The position numbers and the translations under genes are program-made. From the NCBI GenBank assembly GCA_964484335.1, contig CAZAGA010000001.1:4640-40553 (forward strand): a DNA stretch of 35,914 bases, given 5' to 3'. This stretch comes from an uncultured Anaerolineaceae bacterium (GTDB lineage: Bacteria; Chloroflexota; Anaerolineae; Anaerolineales; UBA4823). Below the pieces are notes generated by a model, which was given only the letters and a program-made list of their open reading frames with translations, had not been told where the DNA came from and did not search any database. Below, piece by piece: positions 23,844-33,324 of this stretch (positions within the stretch are counted from its first letter, which is position 1; each line of letters opens with the position of its first letter).

Positions 23844-25136
23844 ATGAAGAAAATTCCTCGCGACAAATTACTGTTTTTCGGTGGGACGCTGCTGCTCTTT
23901 GCGATCGTCCAGATCATGATTAGCTCTGGTTACCTGAATGATTTCTGGTCCACCATCATCCGCCTGGGTTCAGTCTATGCGATTGTTGCCTTAGGCCTGA
24001 ACCTGATTTATGGATTCAATGGCCAGTTTTCCTTAGGTCAATGGGGGTTTTATGCAATTGGCGCATATACGGCGGCCGATATCACTTACCGGTGGAATAA
24101 TCAGCAAAGCTCCCTGGGTCTGACCGTGGTACTTTCGGTAGTGTTATTAACTGGCCTGGCCATCTTACTACTGCGCAAAGTACTTAGCCGGATCCGCGGC
24201 CTGGATGCTCTCTCGGCATTCGCCATTTATATCGTGGCTGTCCTGGGTTTGGCAGTGGCTGGCGTTTACCTGGGTGCAGCAATCGCACCGGCCTTCGATG
24301 GCATCCTCTCGATCCTGCCCGCGGGTGGATCCATGTCCGTGGTGTACGTGTTTTCCATCCTAATGGGCGGCCTGGTAGCAGCCGAGATCAGTTTCCTCTT
24401 TGGCCTGCCGGTCCTCACCCTGGGCTCGGACTACTTCGGCATCGCCACCCTCGGCCTGACGATTATCGTGAAAGTGCTCCTGGATAACTCGGACACGCTG
24501 CTTGGCTTTGAGGAAATGAAGGGCGCCCGCGGAATGATTGGCATTCCTAAGATCACGACCTGGTTCTGGGCTTTCCTGTTCTTGTTCCTGGTCGTGGTGA
24601 TCATGCGCAACCTGCTTCACTCCAGCTACGGACGGGCGATTATCTCGGTACGTGAGGATGAAATTGCTGCCAAGGCGATGGGCATCGATGTTGGCAACTA
24701 TAAAACGACAGCGTTTGTTCTGGGTAGTCTATTTGCCGGGATCGGCGGCGCGATTTACGCCCACATCAACGGCTTTTTACACCCGAACACGTTTAACTTT
24801 ATTAAGTCCTTCGATCCGATGATCATCATTGTGCTGGGTGGCCTGGGAAGCATCACTGGGACGATCATCACATCCTTTGTCTGGGTCTTGCTTTTGGAAG
24901 GAGTCTTGCGATTGATCTTACCCGAAGGCTTTGAGACCTGGCGATATGTGGTTTACCCAATCATCTTGCTTCTGGTGATGTTGTTGAGGCCGAAAGGGAT
25001 CTTCGGAGATTATGAATTGCCTTTCCTGCGTCAGATCCTGCCGCCAATGTACGCCAGTCCACAAGCTGTTCAAGAAGCCAGTATTGCGGTCGCTGACCTG
25101 CCTGGCAATCCCACTTCCGAGGAGGCGACCAAATGA
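23844..25136 (+). CDS. livM: Branched-chain amino-acid ABC transporter permease (LivM-like)
   Basis: 430 aa, polytopic. Contains GLNLIYGFNGQFSLGQWGFYAIGAYTAA and SVREDEIAAKAMGIDV, characteristic of LivM. Confidence 0.85.
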   Translation: MKKIPRDKLLFFGGTLLLFAIVQIMISSGYLNDFWSTIIRLGSVYAIVALGLNLIYGFNGQFSLGQWGFYAIGAYTAADITYRWNNQQSSLGLTVVLSVVLLTGLAILLLRKVLSRIRGLDALSAFAIYIVAVLGLAVAGVYLGAAIAPAFDGILSILPAGGSMSVVYVFSILMGGLVAAEISFLFGLPVLTLGSDYFGIATLGLTIIVKVLLDNSDTLLGFEEMKGARGMIGIPKITTWFWAFLFLFLVVVIMRNLLHSSYGRAIISVREDEIAAKAMGIDVGNYKTTAFVLGSLFAGIGGAIYAHINGFLHPNTFNFIKSFDPMIIIVLGGLGSITGTIITSFVWVLLLEGVLRLILPEGFETWRYVVYPIILLLVMLLRPKGIFGDYELPFLRQILPPMYASPQAVQEASIAVADLPGNPTSEEATK

Positions 25137-25972
25137 GCGCCGAAAACATCTCTCCCGATGGTCGCCAGCCAATCTTGCAAGCCAACGAACTAGTGATGCA
25201 GTTTGGCGGTCTCCGAGCGGTTAACAACTTCAACCTTGCGTTATACCCGCATGACTTGCAGGGTTTGATCGGCCCCAACGGCGCTGGGAAAACCACGGTA
25301 TTCAACATGATCACCGGGGTTTACACCCCTACCGCTGGAAATATTAGCCTGGCTGGCGAAAACATCACCGGGCTGCAACCCTATGAAATTAACCAACTAG
25401 GAATCGCGCGTACTTTCCAAAATATCCGCCTTTTCCCGAACCTGACCGTACTTGACAATGTCCGGATTGCCTACCACACCCATGCTGGCTATGGCATGTT
25501 TGACGGCATCCTGCAGAACAAGCACTTCGGAGCGAAGGAAAAGGAGTTAACCCAGCGAACCCAAGAATTTCTGAGCGTCTTCAACCTGCAAGACCGGCAG
25601 GGCGCCATCGCGAAGAATCTGCCCTACGGCGAGCAACGCCGGCTCGAAATCGCCCGTGCCCTGGCCGCCAATCCTAAGGTTCTGCTCCTCGATGAACCTG
25701 CCGCGGGCATGAATCCGCAGGAAAGCATCCGCCTGATGGACCTAATCCACTTCATCCGCGAGCGCTTTGACCTGACCATCTTGTTGATCGAACACCAGAT
25801 GCGGGTGGTAATGGGCATCTGCGAGACCATCACGGTGATGGATTTTGGCGAGGTGATCGCACGTGGGACGCCTAAGGAAATCCAGACCAACCAGAAGGTG
25901 ATCGAAGCCTACTTGGGGCCTGGAACAGCGGCGCTATCCGAGAAGTTCCGCCGCAAGAAAGAAATCCAATAG
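25133..25972 (+). CDS. livG: ABC transporter ATP-binding protein (LivG-like)
   Basis: Walker A GPNGAGKTT, signature LPYGEQRRLEIARAL and Walker B LLLDEPAAGMNP. ATGA overlap with livM. Confidence 0.9.
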   Translation: MSAENISPDGRQPILQANELVMQFGGLRAVNNFNLALYPHDLQGLIGPNGAGKTTVFNMITGVYTPTAGNISLAGENITGLQPYEINQLGIARTFQNIRLFPNLTVLDNVRIAYHTHAGYGMFDGILQNKHFGAKEKELTQRTQEFLSVFNLQDRQGAIAKNLPYGEQRRLEIARALAANPKVLLLDEPAAGMNPQESIRLMDLIHFIRERFDLTILLIEHQMRVVMGICETITVMDFGEVIARGTPKEIQTNQKVIEAYLGPGTAALSEKFRRKKEIQ

Positions 25973-25983
25973 GATGTTGAACT

Positions 25984-26718
25984 ATGGCAGATAATCATTT
26001 CTCCCTGCTTGAAGTAAAAGATCTGAATGTCTATTACGGCGCGATTCATGCCTTGAAAGGCATCAGCTTCCATCTTGACAAAGGTGAGATTGTTGCCTTG
26101 ATTGGTGCGAACGGGGCAGGCAAAAGCACCACCCTGGGAACCATATCGGGCATTCTCCGCCCCCGGGTGGGTAATGTCATTCTGGAGGGTGAAGATATAA
26201 CCCAGACACCTTCGGAAATCATCGTTCACAAAGGTATCGTCCAGGTACCTGAGGGACGAAAGATCTTTGCTACCCTGACCGTCCAGGAGAACCTGGAAAT
26301 GGGCGCCTTTACCCGCGAAAATAAGGAAGAAATCGCCAAATCAATGGACAATGCCTTTGAGCGGTTTCCCCGGCTGGCAGAACGGCGTAAGCAGTTAGGC
26401 GGCACCCTCTCCGGCGGTGAGCAACAGATGCTGGCAATTGCCCGCGGCATGATGTCTCGCCCGCGAATTATGCTCCTGGATGAACCATCGATGGGTCTGT
26501 CACCACTGCTGGTTGAACAGATTTTCACCATCATCCGTGACATTAATAATGCCGGTACCAGCATTCTGTTGGTGGAGCAAAACGCCCAAATGGCTTTATC
26601 CATTGCCGATCGGGCCTATGTATTGGAAACAGGCCGGGTAGTTCTGGAAGGCACTGGACAGGAGCTCCTCCACAACGAAATGGTGGCAGAAGCCTACCTG
26701 GGCGGCGGTCATTCGTAA
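25984..26718 (+). CDS. livF: ABC transporter ATP-binding protein (LivF-like)
   Basis: Walker A GANGAGKST, signature LSGGEQQMLAIARGM and Walker B MLLDEPSMGLSP. Confidence 0.9.
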   Translation: MADNHFSLLEVKDLNVYYGAIHALKGISFHLDKGEIVALIGANGAGKSTTLGTISGILRPRVGNVILEGEDITQTPSEIIVHKGIVQVPEGRKIFATLTVQENLEMGAFTRENKEEIAKSMDNAFERFPRLAERRKQLGGTLSGGEQQMLAIARGMMSRPRIMLLDEPSMGLSPLLVEQIFTIIRDINNAGTSILLVEQNAQMALSIADRAYVLETGRVVLEGTGQELLHNEMVAEAYLGGGHS

Positions 26719-26735
26719 CACATCTGGAGTAAACG

Positions 26736-27098
26736 ATGACAACGATCAAAAAAATCCTCTTCTTTGTCGTGCTGCCCTTACTGGCCCCATTAATCTTGCC
26801 CCCGAGACTGTTACAGCCTGGCGGTGGTCCAATCCTGTTCCTTGGCCTGCTATTCGGCATCTCAGCGCTGCTTCTAAGCCCCTTCCTTTGGCGAGGTCGA
26901 ACCACAGCGCTGACCCTGGCCATTTTCCTGCAAGGTCTGAACGCGGTCATCCGCCTGATGACCTTTTATCCCAACTTGGCAAAACAGGGAGTATATGACA
27001 TCCCCTGGTTAATCACCAGCCTGGTTTCCCTGGCGCTTTCGGTTTACCTAATCTTGCGTCTGGATCGCACAGATGTCCGGGTAACCATGATCAGCTAA
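26736..27098 (+). CDS. Small 4-TM membrane protein, unknown function, last gene of the liv operon
   Basis: 120 aa and hydrophobic. It starts 17 nt after livF and is followed by a hairpin. No recognisable motif. Confidence 0.5.
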   Translation: MTTIKKILFFVVLPLLAPLILPPRLLQPGGGPILFLGLLFGISALLLSPFLWRGRTTALTLAIFLQGLNAVIRLMTFYPNLAKQGVYDIPWLITSLVSLALSVYLILRLDRTDVRVTMIS

Positions 27099-27104
27099 GC
27101 ATAC

Positions 27105-27137
27105 GAAATTTGCGGGCGCATAGCGCCCGCAAATTTC
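27105..27137. terminator. Perfect 15-bp palindromic stem-loop after the liv operon
   Basis: gaaatttgcgggcgc-ata-gcgcccgcaaatttc. The A/T-rich stem base could act as a terminator in either direction. Confidence 0.5.
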
Positions 27138-27154
27138 TAATGGTCAAGTAGAGC

Positions 27155-28315
27155 ATGCCATCTGCAGAAATCATCACCATCGGGACAGAGATTCTGCTGG
27201 GCGAGATTTTAGACACCAATGCCCAGACCATTGCCCAAACCCTGCGCGAGAACGGTATTGACCTATACCGAAAAACCACCATCGGAGACAACCCCGGACG
27301 AATTGCGCAGGCGATACGTGAATCCCTGGAACGTTGCGAGATCGTCATCACCACTGGCGGGCTGGGGCCTACCGTAGATGATCCAACCCGAGAGGCTATC
27401 GCCCAGGCTATCCAGGTAGAGCTCGAGTTTCGCCCCGAATTATGGGATCAAATCCAGGCTCGCTTCCAGCGTTACAACCGCCAGCCGACTGAAAACAATC
27501 GTCGTCAGGCGTATATTCCACGTGGAGCGCAGGCGATCGAAAATCCAGTGGGGACCGCGCCGTCATTTGTCGTTGAGCTAGACCAGAAATGCATCCTGGC
27601 GCTCCCAGGTGTGCCCAGCGAGATGCGCTACTTGCTCCGCCAGGCGGTCATCCCATACTTGCGCGAACACTACCAGATTCACACCGTAATTAAAAGCCGC
27701 AACCTGCACACCGCGGGCGTGGGCGAATCGCAAATTGATTCTTTGATCTGCGATCTAGAGACGCTGGCAAACCCAACCGTCGGGCTGGCGGCTCACTCTG
27801 GACAGGTGGATGTACGCGTGGTTGCCAAGGCAGACTCCGAGGTCGAAGCTGACCGGCTGATTGCAGAAATTGAACGCCAGCTACGCCAACGATTAGGGAA
27901 CTGGATCTATGGTGCAGACAAGGAAAGTCTGGAGGCGAAAGCGATCGAAGCGCTGGACAGCCAGAGCTGGTCATTGGCAGTTGTTGAAGCTGGCTCGAGT
28001 GGAGAGTTATCCCGCCGCCTGTCTGGCGTCGCCAATCCGCTCTTTCGAGGCGGCGAGGTAGTTGCTGAGCTGCTCAGCCCAGAAAACTTGCTCTCCCGGA
28101 CGGAGGAATTTCGCCAGGCCCGCCAGGCGCAGGTCGGTTTTGGCCTGGCTATTCAACCGGGGCCAGAACAGCAGAAAGTTTTCCTGGTTTTGATCACCCC
28201 CGAACTGCAACAACTTTACGAGCGCCCCTACGGCGGTCCACCTGATTATGCCCCGCGCTGGGCTGTGCATCACAGCCTTGACCTGATCCGAAAATTACGA
28301 AAGGAAACCGAATGA
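27155..28315 (+). CDS. cinA: CinA-family protein (MoCF-binding N-terminal domain; divergent PncC-like C-terminal domain)
   Basis: The N-terminus AEIITIGTEILLGEILDTNAQTIAQTLRENGIDLYRKTTIGDNPGRIAQAI...VITTGGLGPTVDDPTREA is a classical CinA N-domain. In the C-terminal domain the usual ESCTGG block reads EAGSSGE. Confidence 0.8.
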   Translation: MPSAEIITIGTEILLGEILDTNAQTIAQTLRENGIDLYRKTTIGDNPGRIAQAIRESLERCEIVITTGGLGPTVDDPTREAIAQAIQVELEFRPELWDQIQARFQRYNRQPTENNRRQAYIPRGAQAIENPVGTAPSFVVELDQKCILALPGVPSEMRYLLRQAVIPYLREHYQIHTVIKSRNLHTAGVGESQIDSLICDLETLANPTVGLAAHSGQVDVRVVAKADSEVEADRLIAEIERQLRQRLGNWIYGADKESLEAKAIEALDSQSWSLAVVEAGSSGELSRRLSGVANPLFRGGEVVAELLSPENLLSRTEEFRQARQAQVGFGLAIQPGPEQQKVFLVLITPELQQLYERPYGGPPDYAPRWAVHHSLDLIRKLRKETE

Positions 28316-30312
28316 GCAATTTGGAAAAAATTCCGGCTGACATTTTGCTTACGAATGCCATCATCTTGACTATGGATGATAAGTATACCCAGTATGAACC
28401 GGGTGCACTGGTCATCAAAGGAGACCAGATCCTGGCGGTTGGTCCACAAGCCGAGATTATCACCAGCTATAACGCGCTGCAGGTCATCGACTGCGGCGGT
28501 AAGGTTTTAATGCCAGGCATGGTTAACGCCCATACCCACGTCCCGATGACGTTAATGCGCGGCCTGGCCGACGATCTCCGCCTGGATGTCTGGTTACAGG
28601 GATATATGTGGCCGGTCGAACGCGAATATGTCTCGCCGGAATTCGTCCGCCTTGGCACCCAAATTGCCTGCGTAGAGTTGATCCGCAGCGGAGTAACCTG
28701 CTTCGCGGACATGTACTTTTTTGAAGAACATGTCGCCCAAGCAACGGCTGAGGCGGGCCTACGGGCGGTCTGCTCGCAAACGGTGCTTAAATTCCCGGCG
28801 CCAGATGCGCAATCCTATGAAGAATCACTAGCCGCGGCGCGTGAGTATATTGCGCGTTGGAAAGGTCACCCACTCATTGAGCCATCTGTCGCCCCACACG
28901 CTCCATATACCTGCACAGATGAAATCCTGCGCGCCACAGCAGCCCTGGCTGCGGAGTATGATGTCCCATTACATACCCACCTGGCCGAAACCGCCCTCGA
29001 GGTCGAAAATTCGCGCGCAGAATATGGGATGCCAATCATTCCATATGTCAAGAAACAAAACCTGTTTGACGCCAAGGTTCTGGCAGCGCATTGCGTCCAT
29101 ATCGACGACGGTGAAATGCTCACCCTGCTCCACAACCGGGCCGGCGTGGCGCATAATCCGTCTTCAAATTTAAAATTAGCATCTGGTTTCGCTCCAATCC
29201 AACGGATGATTGAAATGGGCCTTAATGTGGGGATAGGAACGGATGGACCAGCTTCCAACAACGACCTGGACATGTTTGAGGAGACACGTTTGGCTGCCTT
29301 CCTGGCTAAGAGCGTCACCAATGATCCCACTGCCCTGCCAGCACATACTGCACTTGCGATGGCCACTCGCCTAGGAGCTAGGGCGCTCCACCTGGGACAC
29401 CTTACGGGCACGCTGGAGCCCGGCAAACGGGCAGACATGATCCTGGTCGAATTATCGCCATTTCACAACGCACCGCGCTTCCGCCGCGAACCGCATGGGA
29501 TCTATGCCCAGCTTGTCTATGCTGGAAAATCAACCGATGTTACTGACGTGATAGTAAACGGAAAATGGCTGATGCGTCAGCGGGAGCTGACAACGCTGGA
29601 TGTAGCGCCACTCCACCAGCAGGCTCAGGATTACGCCCGGCGAATTGACTCTTTCTTGATTCAGCGCGAAAAATCGATCCTGTCTAAACTAATTGCGATC
29701 GGTGGCGCGCTAGAAGAAGAGAGCTTTGAAGTGCAAACCAAGGTCCGCATTGCCGATCCAGATGCAGTGATTGAGGCGCTGAACAACCCGGCAATTGAGA
29801 TTCTACGCAGCCGGCACTATCACGAATTCGATACCTACTTCTTGTTCGCTGAACCCCAGCAAGGAACCCTGCGTTATCGTGAAGACGAAACCATTCGGGA
29901 AGACGGAGAGGTGGCAGGCGTACGCTACCGGCTGACCTTAATCGGCCCGGCGCGCGAGCGCCAGTTCCCCAGCGATGTGCTGCTTTCACGTAGCCGATAT
30001 CTCGCACCTGCCTCTCACAGCCTGCGCTTCTATCGCGAATATTTCAAACCTACCCGGGAGGTAGAGGTTGAGAAAGATCGCTTGCGTTGGCGAGTCCTAT
30101 TCAAAGGAACAGAATTCTACATCAACCTCGACCAGGTCAAAAAACCGGCTCTGGGATACTTCCTGGAAATAAAAAGCCGCACCTGGAGCCGCCGCGATGC
30201 GGAACACAAAGCCGAGATCGCTATCGACCTGATAAATTTCCTGGGTGCTTCGGATAAAGAGACTGTGTCGCAGGATTACCTCACCCTGGCTGAGACCAAC
30301 CTCGCCGAGTAA
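28312..30312 (+). CDS. mtaD: Amidohydrolase (5-methylthioadenosine/S-adenosylhomocysteine deaminase, MtaD-like) fused to a C-terminal CYTH-like domain
   Basis: The first 440 aa or so carry MPGMVNAHTHVPMTLMRGLADD, LHTHLAET, HCVH, NPSSNLKLASG and GIGTDGP, the metal-dependent deaminase blocks. The last 200 aa or so follow a CYTH/CyaB-like pattern: SFEVQTKVRI, FDTYF, LRYRED, VEVEKDRLRW, FYINLDQV...GYFLEIKSR. ATGA overlap with cinA. Confidence 0.8.
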   Translation: MSNLEKIPADILLTNAIILTMDDKYTQYEPGALVIKGDQILAVGPQAEIITSYNALQVIDCGGKVLMPGMVNAHTHVPMTLMRGLADDLRLDVWLQGYMWPVEREYVSPEFVRLGTQIACVELIRSGVTCFADMYFFEEHVAQATAEAGLRAVCSQTVLKFPAPDAQSYEESLAAAREYIARWKGHPLIEPSVAPHAPYTCTDEILRATAALAAEYDVPLHTHLAETALEVENSRAEYGMPIIPYVKKQNLFDAKVLAAHCVHIDDGEMLTLLHNRAGVAHNPSSNLKLASGFAPIQRMIEMGLNVGIGTDGPASNNDLDMFEETRLAAFLAKSVTNDPTALPAHTALAMATRLGARALHLGHLTGTLEPGKRADMILVELSPFHNAPRFRREPHGIYAQLVYAGKSTDVTDVIVNGKWLMRQRELTTLDVAPLHQQAQDYARRIDSFLIQREKSILSKLIAIGGALEEESFEVQTKVRIADPDAVIEALNNPAIEILRSRHYHEFDTYFLFAEPQQGTLRYREDETIREDGEVAGVRYRLTLIGPARERQFPSDVLLSRSRYLAPASHSLRFYREYFKPTREVEVEKDRLRWRVLFKGTEFYINLDQVKKPALGYFLEIKSRTWSRRDAEHKAEIAIDLINFLGASDKETVSQDYLTLAETNLAE

Positions 30313-30318
30313 AAAAGC

Positions 30319-31122
30319 ATGGGATCGCCAGCCGAATTTGCTGTGCGCGTGGCAGTAGAGACCGGGCGGCTGTTGGGCGAATATTTTCGCCAACCCGACC
30401 TACCAGCTACCTGGAAAACGGATCGTACCCTGCTAACCGAAGCCGATTTGGCTGCCGACCGGTTTATTACGCAAGCTATCCAAAATACTTACCCAGACGA
30501 CCTGCTGTTGAGTGAAGAAAATATCCAAGGGATCGAGGCGATTATTACAGAAAGCGCTGAGCGGGTGGTGTGGGTGATAGATCCACTGGATGGGACGACA
30601 AATTTCAGCCTGGGTCTGCCAGTTTGGGGCACGCTGATAACCCGCCTGGTGAATGGTTGGCCAGAAACCACCGTACTTAACTTTCCGCTGCTGAATGAGC
30701 TTTACAGCGCCGAGAAAGGGTCTGGCGCTCGCCTGAACGGCCGACTAATCCAGGCTAACCCAGAACAACATCAGCCGCGCCTGCCATTCTTTGCTTGCTG
30801 TTCACGCACCTTTCGCAAGTATCAGGTTAGCATTCCTTATAAAGCGCGTATCCTTGGTTCTGCTGCCTATAGCTTCTGTCTGGCCGCGCGCGGGGCAGCA
30901 ATCGTCAGCTTTGAAGCCCGGACGAAGCTTTGGGACATTGCTGGACCATGGCTATTGGTGACTGAAGCCGGCGGGTGGATCGCTGCGCACCAGGAAATTC
31001 AACCTTTTCGACTACGAGCAGGTATTGATTATGCCAATCAGAATTTCGCCACCCTGGCTGCTGCAACCGCTGACGAGCTCGCCAAAGCGCAGGTAAGTAT
31101 CCTGCTGAAACCATCCGGTTGA
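30319..31122 (+). CDS. Inositol monophosphatase / CysQ-family phosphatase
   Basis: Contains LSEE, WVIDPLDGTTNF and the WD..AG motif (KLWDIAGPWLLVTEAGG). It starts 7 nt after the upstream gene. Confidence 0.85.
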   Translation: MGSPAEFAVRVAVETGRLLGEYFRQPDLPATWKTDRTLLTEADLAADRFITQAIQNTYPDDLLLSEENIQGIEAIITESAERVVWVIDPLDGTTNFSLGLPVWGTLITRLVNGWPETTVLNFPLLNELYSAEKGSGARLNGRLIQANPEQHQPRLPFFACCSRTFRKYQVSIPYKARILGSAAYSFCLAARGAAIVSFEARTKLWDIAGPWLLVTEAGGWIAAHQEIQPFRLRAGIDYANQNFATLAAATADELAKAQVSILLKPSG

Positions 31123-31170
31123 CTCACCGAAGCAGAGCAAACGAAGTTGGATGATCATTTCGCCTTGGGA

Positions 31171-31179
31171 TGATATAAT
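31171..31179 (+). promoter_or_regulatory. Candidate extended -10 promoter (TGaTATAAT) for the PP2C-FHA genes
   Basis: gggaTGATATAATccg lies 33 nt upstream of the ATG at 31212. It shares the GATATAATCCG sequence with the site at 12574. Confidence 0.35.
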
Positions 31180-31211
31180 CCGATCATTAATATCGTGAAA
31201 GCTGACCTGAC

Positions 31212-32102
31212 ATGACCCTCTTTCAAAAACTACTTGGCCGCCCGAAGCAGGAGCCTGGGGAATCTTCTCCTCGCGCTGCAGATGCACCAACCCTGCCACT
31301 TAAGCAGAAAGGACGATCTAGCCCGCAGATTTCCTCTGGTTGGATGTTCGCTTCCGCCCAATCCGTCGGCCGGCAGCGCGATCACAATGAAGATGCCCTG
31401 TTTACCTTTGGCGGCAACCTGGCTTACGAAGACCAGGCAGGCTTCGGCGGGTTGTTCGTAGTAGCAGATGGCATGGGAGGTCATGCCAATGGCGAGCTTG
31501 CCAGTGGACTGGCAGTTCGAACCCTGGCGCGTGAATTGTTTGAGAAAGGCTTTGCCGGCGGCTTCGTCTCCGAGTCTGCCATGAGCGTGGAAGAACTTGA
31601 AATCAACCTTCGCCAGGCTGTACAAGACGCGAACCAGAATGTCAAGAAGCAGGTTCCGGGGGGCGGAACTACCTTGACAGCAGTTCTGATTTATCAAGGC
31701 AGGATGCTTATTGCTCATGTTGGCGACAGCCGTGCTTATTGGATTTCAGCTGGAGGCGAGGTACAAGCTTTAACCCGCGATCATTCATTCGTTCGCCAAA
31801 TGGTTGACCTGGGCCAGCTTACAGACGAAGAAGCATCAGTGCACCCGCAACGAAATATCCTTTCCATGGCTTTAGGACAATGGGAACCACTGGAACCAGA
31901 TATCTCCAACCAGCCGGTTCCAGCCGCTGGGTACCTGCTGATCTGTTCTGATGGCCTGTGGGGCGTAGTCTCCGAAAAAAAATTTGCCGAGAGCATCCTG
32001 GCAGAGCCGGACCTCTACACCACCTGCCGGGAGTTAATCGAGATCGCCAACCAATTAGGCGGGCCAGACAACATCACTGCCATTTTGCTACGCATTCCCT
32101 GA
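31212..32102 (+). CDS. PP2C-family Ser/Thr protein phosphatase
   Basis: Contains RDHNEDA, FVVADGMGGHANGELAS, VGDSRAY, LLICSDGLW and GGPDNITAILL. Confidence 0.88.
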   Translation: MTLFQKLLGRPKQEPGESSPRAADAPTLPLKQKGRSSPQISSGWMFASAQSVGRQRDHNEDALFTFGGNLAYEDQAGFGGLFVVADGMGGHANGELASGLAVRTLARELFEKGFAGGFVSESAMSVEELEINLRQAVQDANQNVKKQVPGGGTTLTAVLIYQGRMLIAHVGDSRAYWISAGGEVQALTRDHSFVRQMVDLGQLTDEEASVHPQRNILSMALGQWEPLEPDISNQPVPAAGYLLICSDGLWGVVSEKKFAESILAEPDLYTTCRELIEIANQLGGPDNITAILLRIP

Positions 32103-32103
32103 A

Positions 32104-32496
32104 ATGATCATGGACTCCCACAGCAATAGGCACACCACCAAAGTAATCCTCCGGTCCCCGGATCGTAACCAGACGATTGAATTGGCTGGACGCGGCGAGT
32201 TCATCCTCGGGCGCAGCGGCCAGGACCGCACCGCTGGAGGCAGCAGTACAAGTACTGTTGGCCGAGTGGATATTGACCTGTCTCCTTTTCAGGCTTACGA
32301 AGCTGGCGTCTCACGACACCATGTATCCATCTTTGTGGGCGAAAACCTGGTCACTGCCACCGACTTGGGATCAACGAATGGAACGCGCCTAAACGGCGAA
32401 TTGCTCCCAAGGTTCGTTCCTGAAGGGCTAAAGGATGGCGATATCTTGACCCTCGGAAATCTGAAATTACAAGTCGAGATCGGCCGGGCAAATTGA
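32104..32496 (+). CDS. FHA-domain protein
   Basis: Contains FILGRS, VSRHHVSI and TDLGSTNGTRLNGELL. It starts 1 nt after the PP2C stop. Confidence 0.85.
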   Translation: MIMDSHSNRHTTKVILRSPDRNQTIELAGRGEFILGRSGQDRTAGGSSTSTVGRVDIDLSPFQAYEAGVSRHHVSIFVGENLVTATDLGSTNGTRLNGELLPRFVPEGLKDGDILTLGNLKLQVEIGRAN

Positions 32497-32521
32497 GATA
32501 TAACCGGCTAGAAAGGAATGT

Positions 32522-33271
32522 ATGACCGACGCGCGCTTACAAGACCGGCGTATCCTGGTCGTGGACGATGAAGAGCGCATGGTGCGCTTCATTCGTCTTA
32601 ATCTTGAGCACGATGGGTTTCGTGTGTTAACGGCTTACAATGGCATGCAAGCGATCAATAAAGTCCGCAGCGACCTGCCCGATCTGGTGCTGTTGGATGT
32701 AATGATGCCTGATCTAGATGGGTTTGAAGTCCTGAAAATCATCCGCGAAACCAATCCGGTTCCAGTGATCATGTTGACTGCCAAAGGCGATGAAGATGAT
32801 CGAGTCCGCGGGCTTGAGCTGGGCGCTGATGATTATGTCACCAAGCCCTTCAGCCCACGCGAGCTGGTCAGCCGGGTAAAAGCAGTTCTACGCCGGACAG
32901 AGCCCGCTTCGAGTTCATTACATGGGCTGGTCAACGTGGATGAGCATCTCCAATTTGATTTTGACCGCAGGGAAATCTGGTTAGATGGAAAGCTGGTTCA
33001 GCTCCGCCCAACCGAATATCGCCTTTTATATCACCTGGTACAAAATGCAGGCTGGGTGCTTACCCACGACCAGCTCTTAACCAAAGTGTGGGGTTACGAA
33101 TACCGGGATGAACCCCACTATGTCCGCCTGTATATTAATTACCTGCGCCAAAAGCTAGAAAAAGATCCAGCCAATCCAATCTACATCCTGACTGAGAGAG
33201 GTGTAGGCTATCGCTTTGTCGATTTCCGGCGCCAGAATCCTGGCGCAGCTATTGAAAAAAGCCAAGGCTAA
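32522..33271 (+). CDS. OmpR/PhoB-family response regulator (receiver + winged helix)
   Basis: Contains [44 protein letters not shown] and the C-terminal [14 protein letters not shown]...TERGVGYRF. Confidence 0.9.
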   Translation: MTDARLQDRRILVVDDEERMVRFIRLNLEHDGFRVLTAYNGMQAINKVRSDLPDLVLLDVMMPDLDGFEVLKIIRETNPVPVIMLTAKGDEDDRVRGLELGADDYVTKPFSPRELVSRVKAVLRRTEPASSSLHGLVNVDEHLQFDFDRREIWLDGKLVQLRPTEYRLLYHLVQNAGWVLTHDQLLTKVWGYEYRDEPHYVRLYINYLRQKLEKDPANPIYILTERGVGYRFVDFRRQNPGAAIEKSQG

Positions 33272-33324
33272 AAAAATCGCTACCGAGGGAACCGGCTAGC
33301 TGAACTTGAAAGGAATCAAGAATA

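Noticed and set aside
28866-29438. 190-aa minus-strand ORF
   Set aside because: It is antisense to the amidohydrolase domain of the MtaD fusion. Its composition is Arg/Ala/Ser-rich shadow-frame and it has no motifs.
31230-31718. 162-aa minus-strand ORF
   Set aside because: It is antisense to the PP2C phosphatase gene, which has all the canonical motifs.
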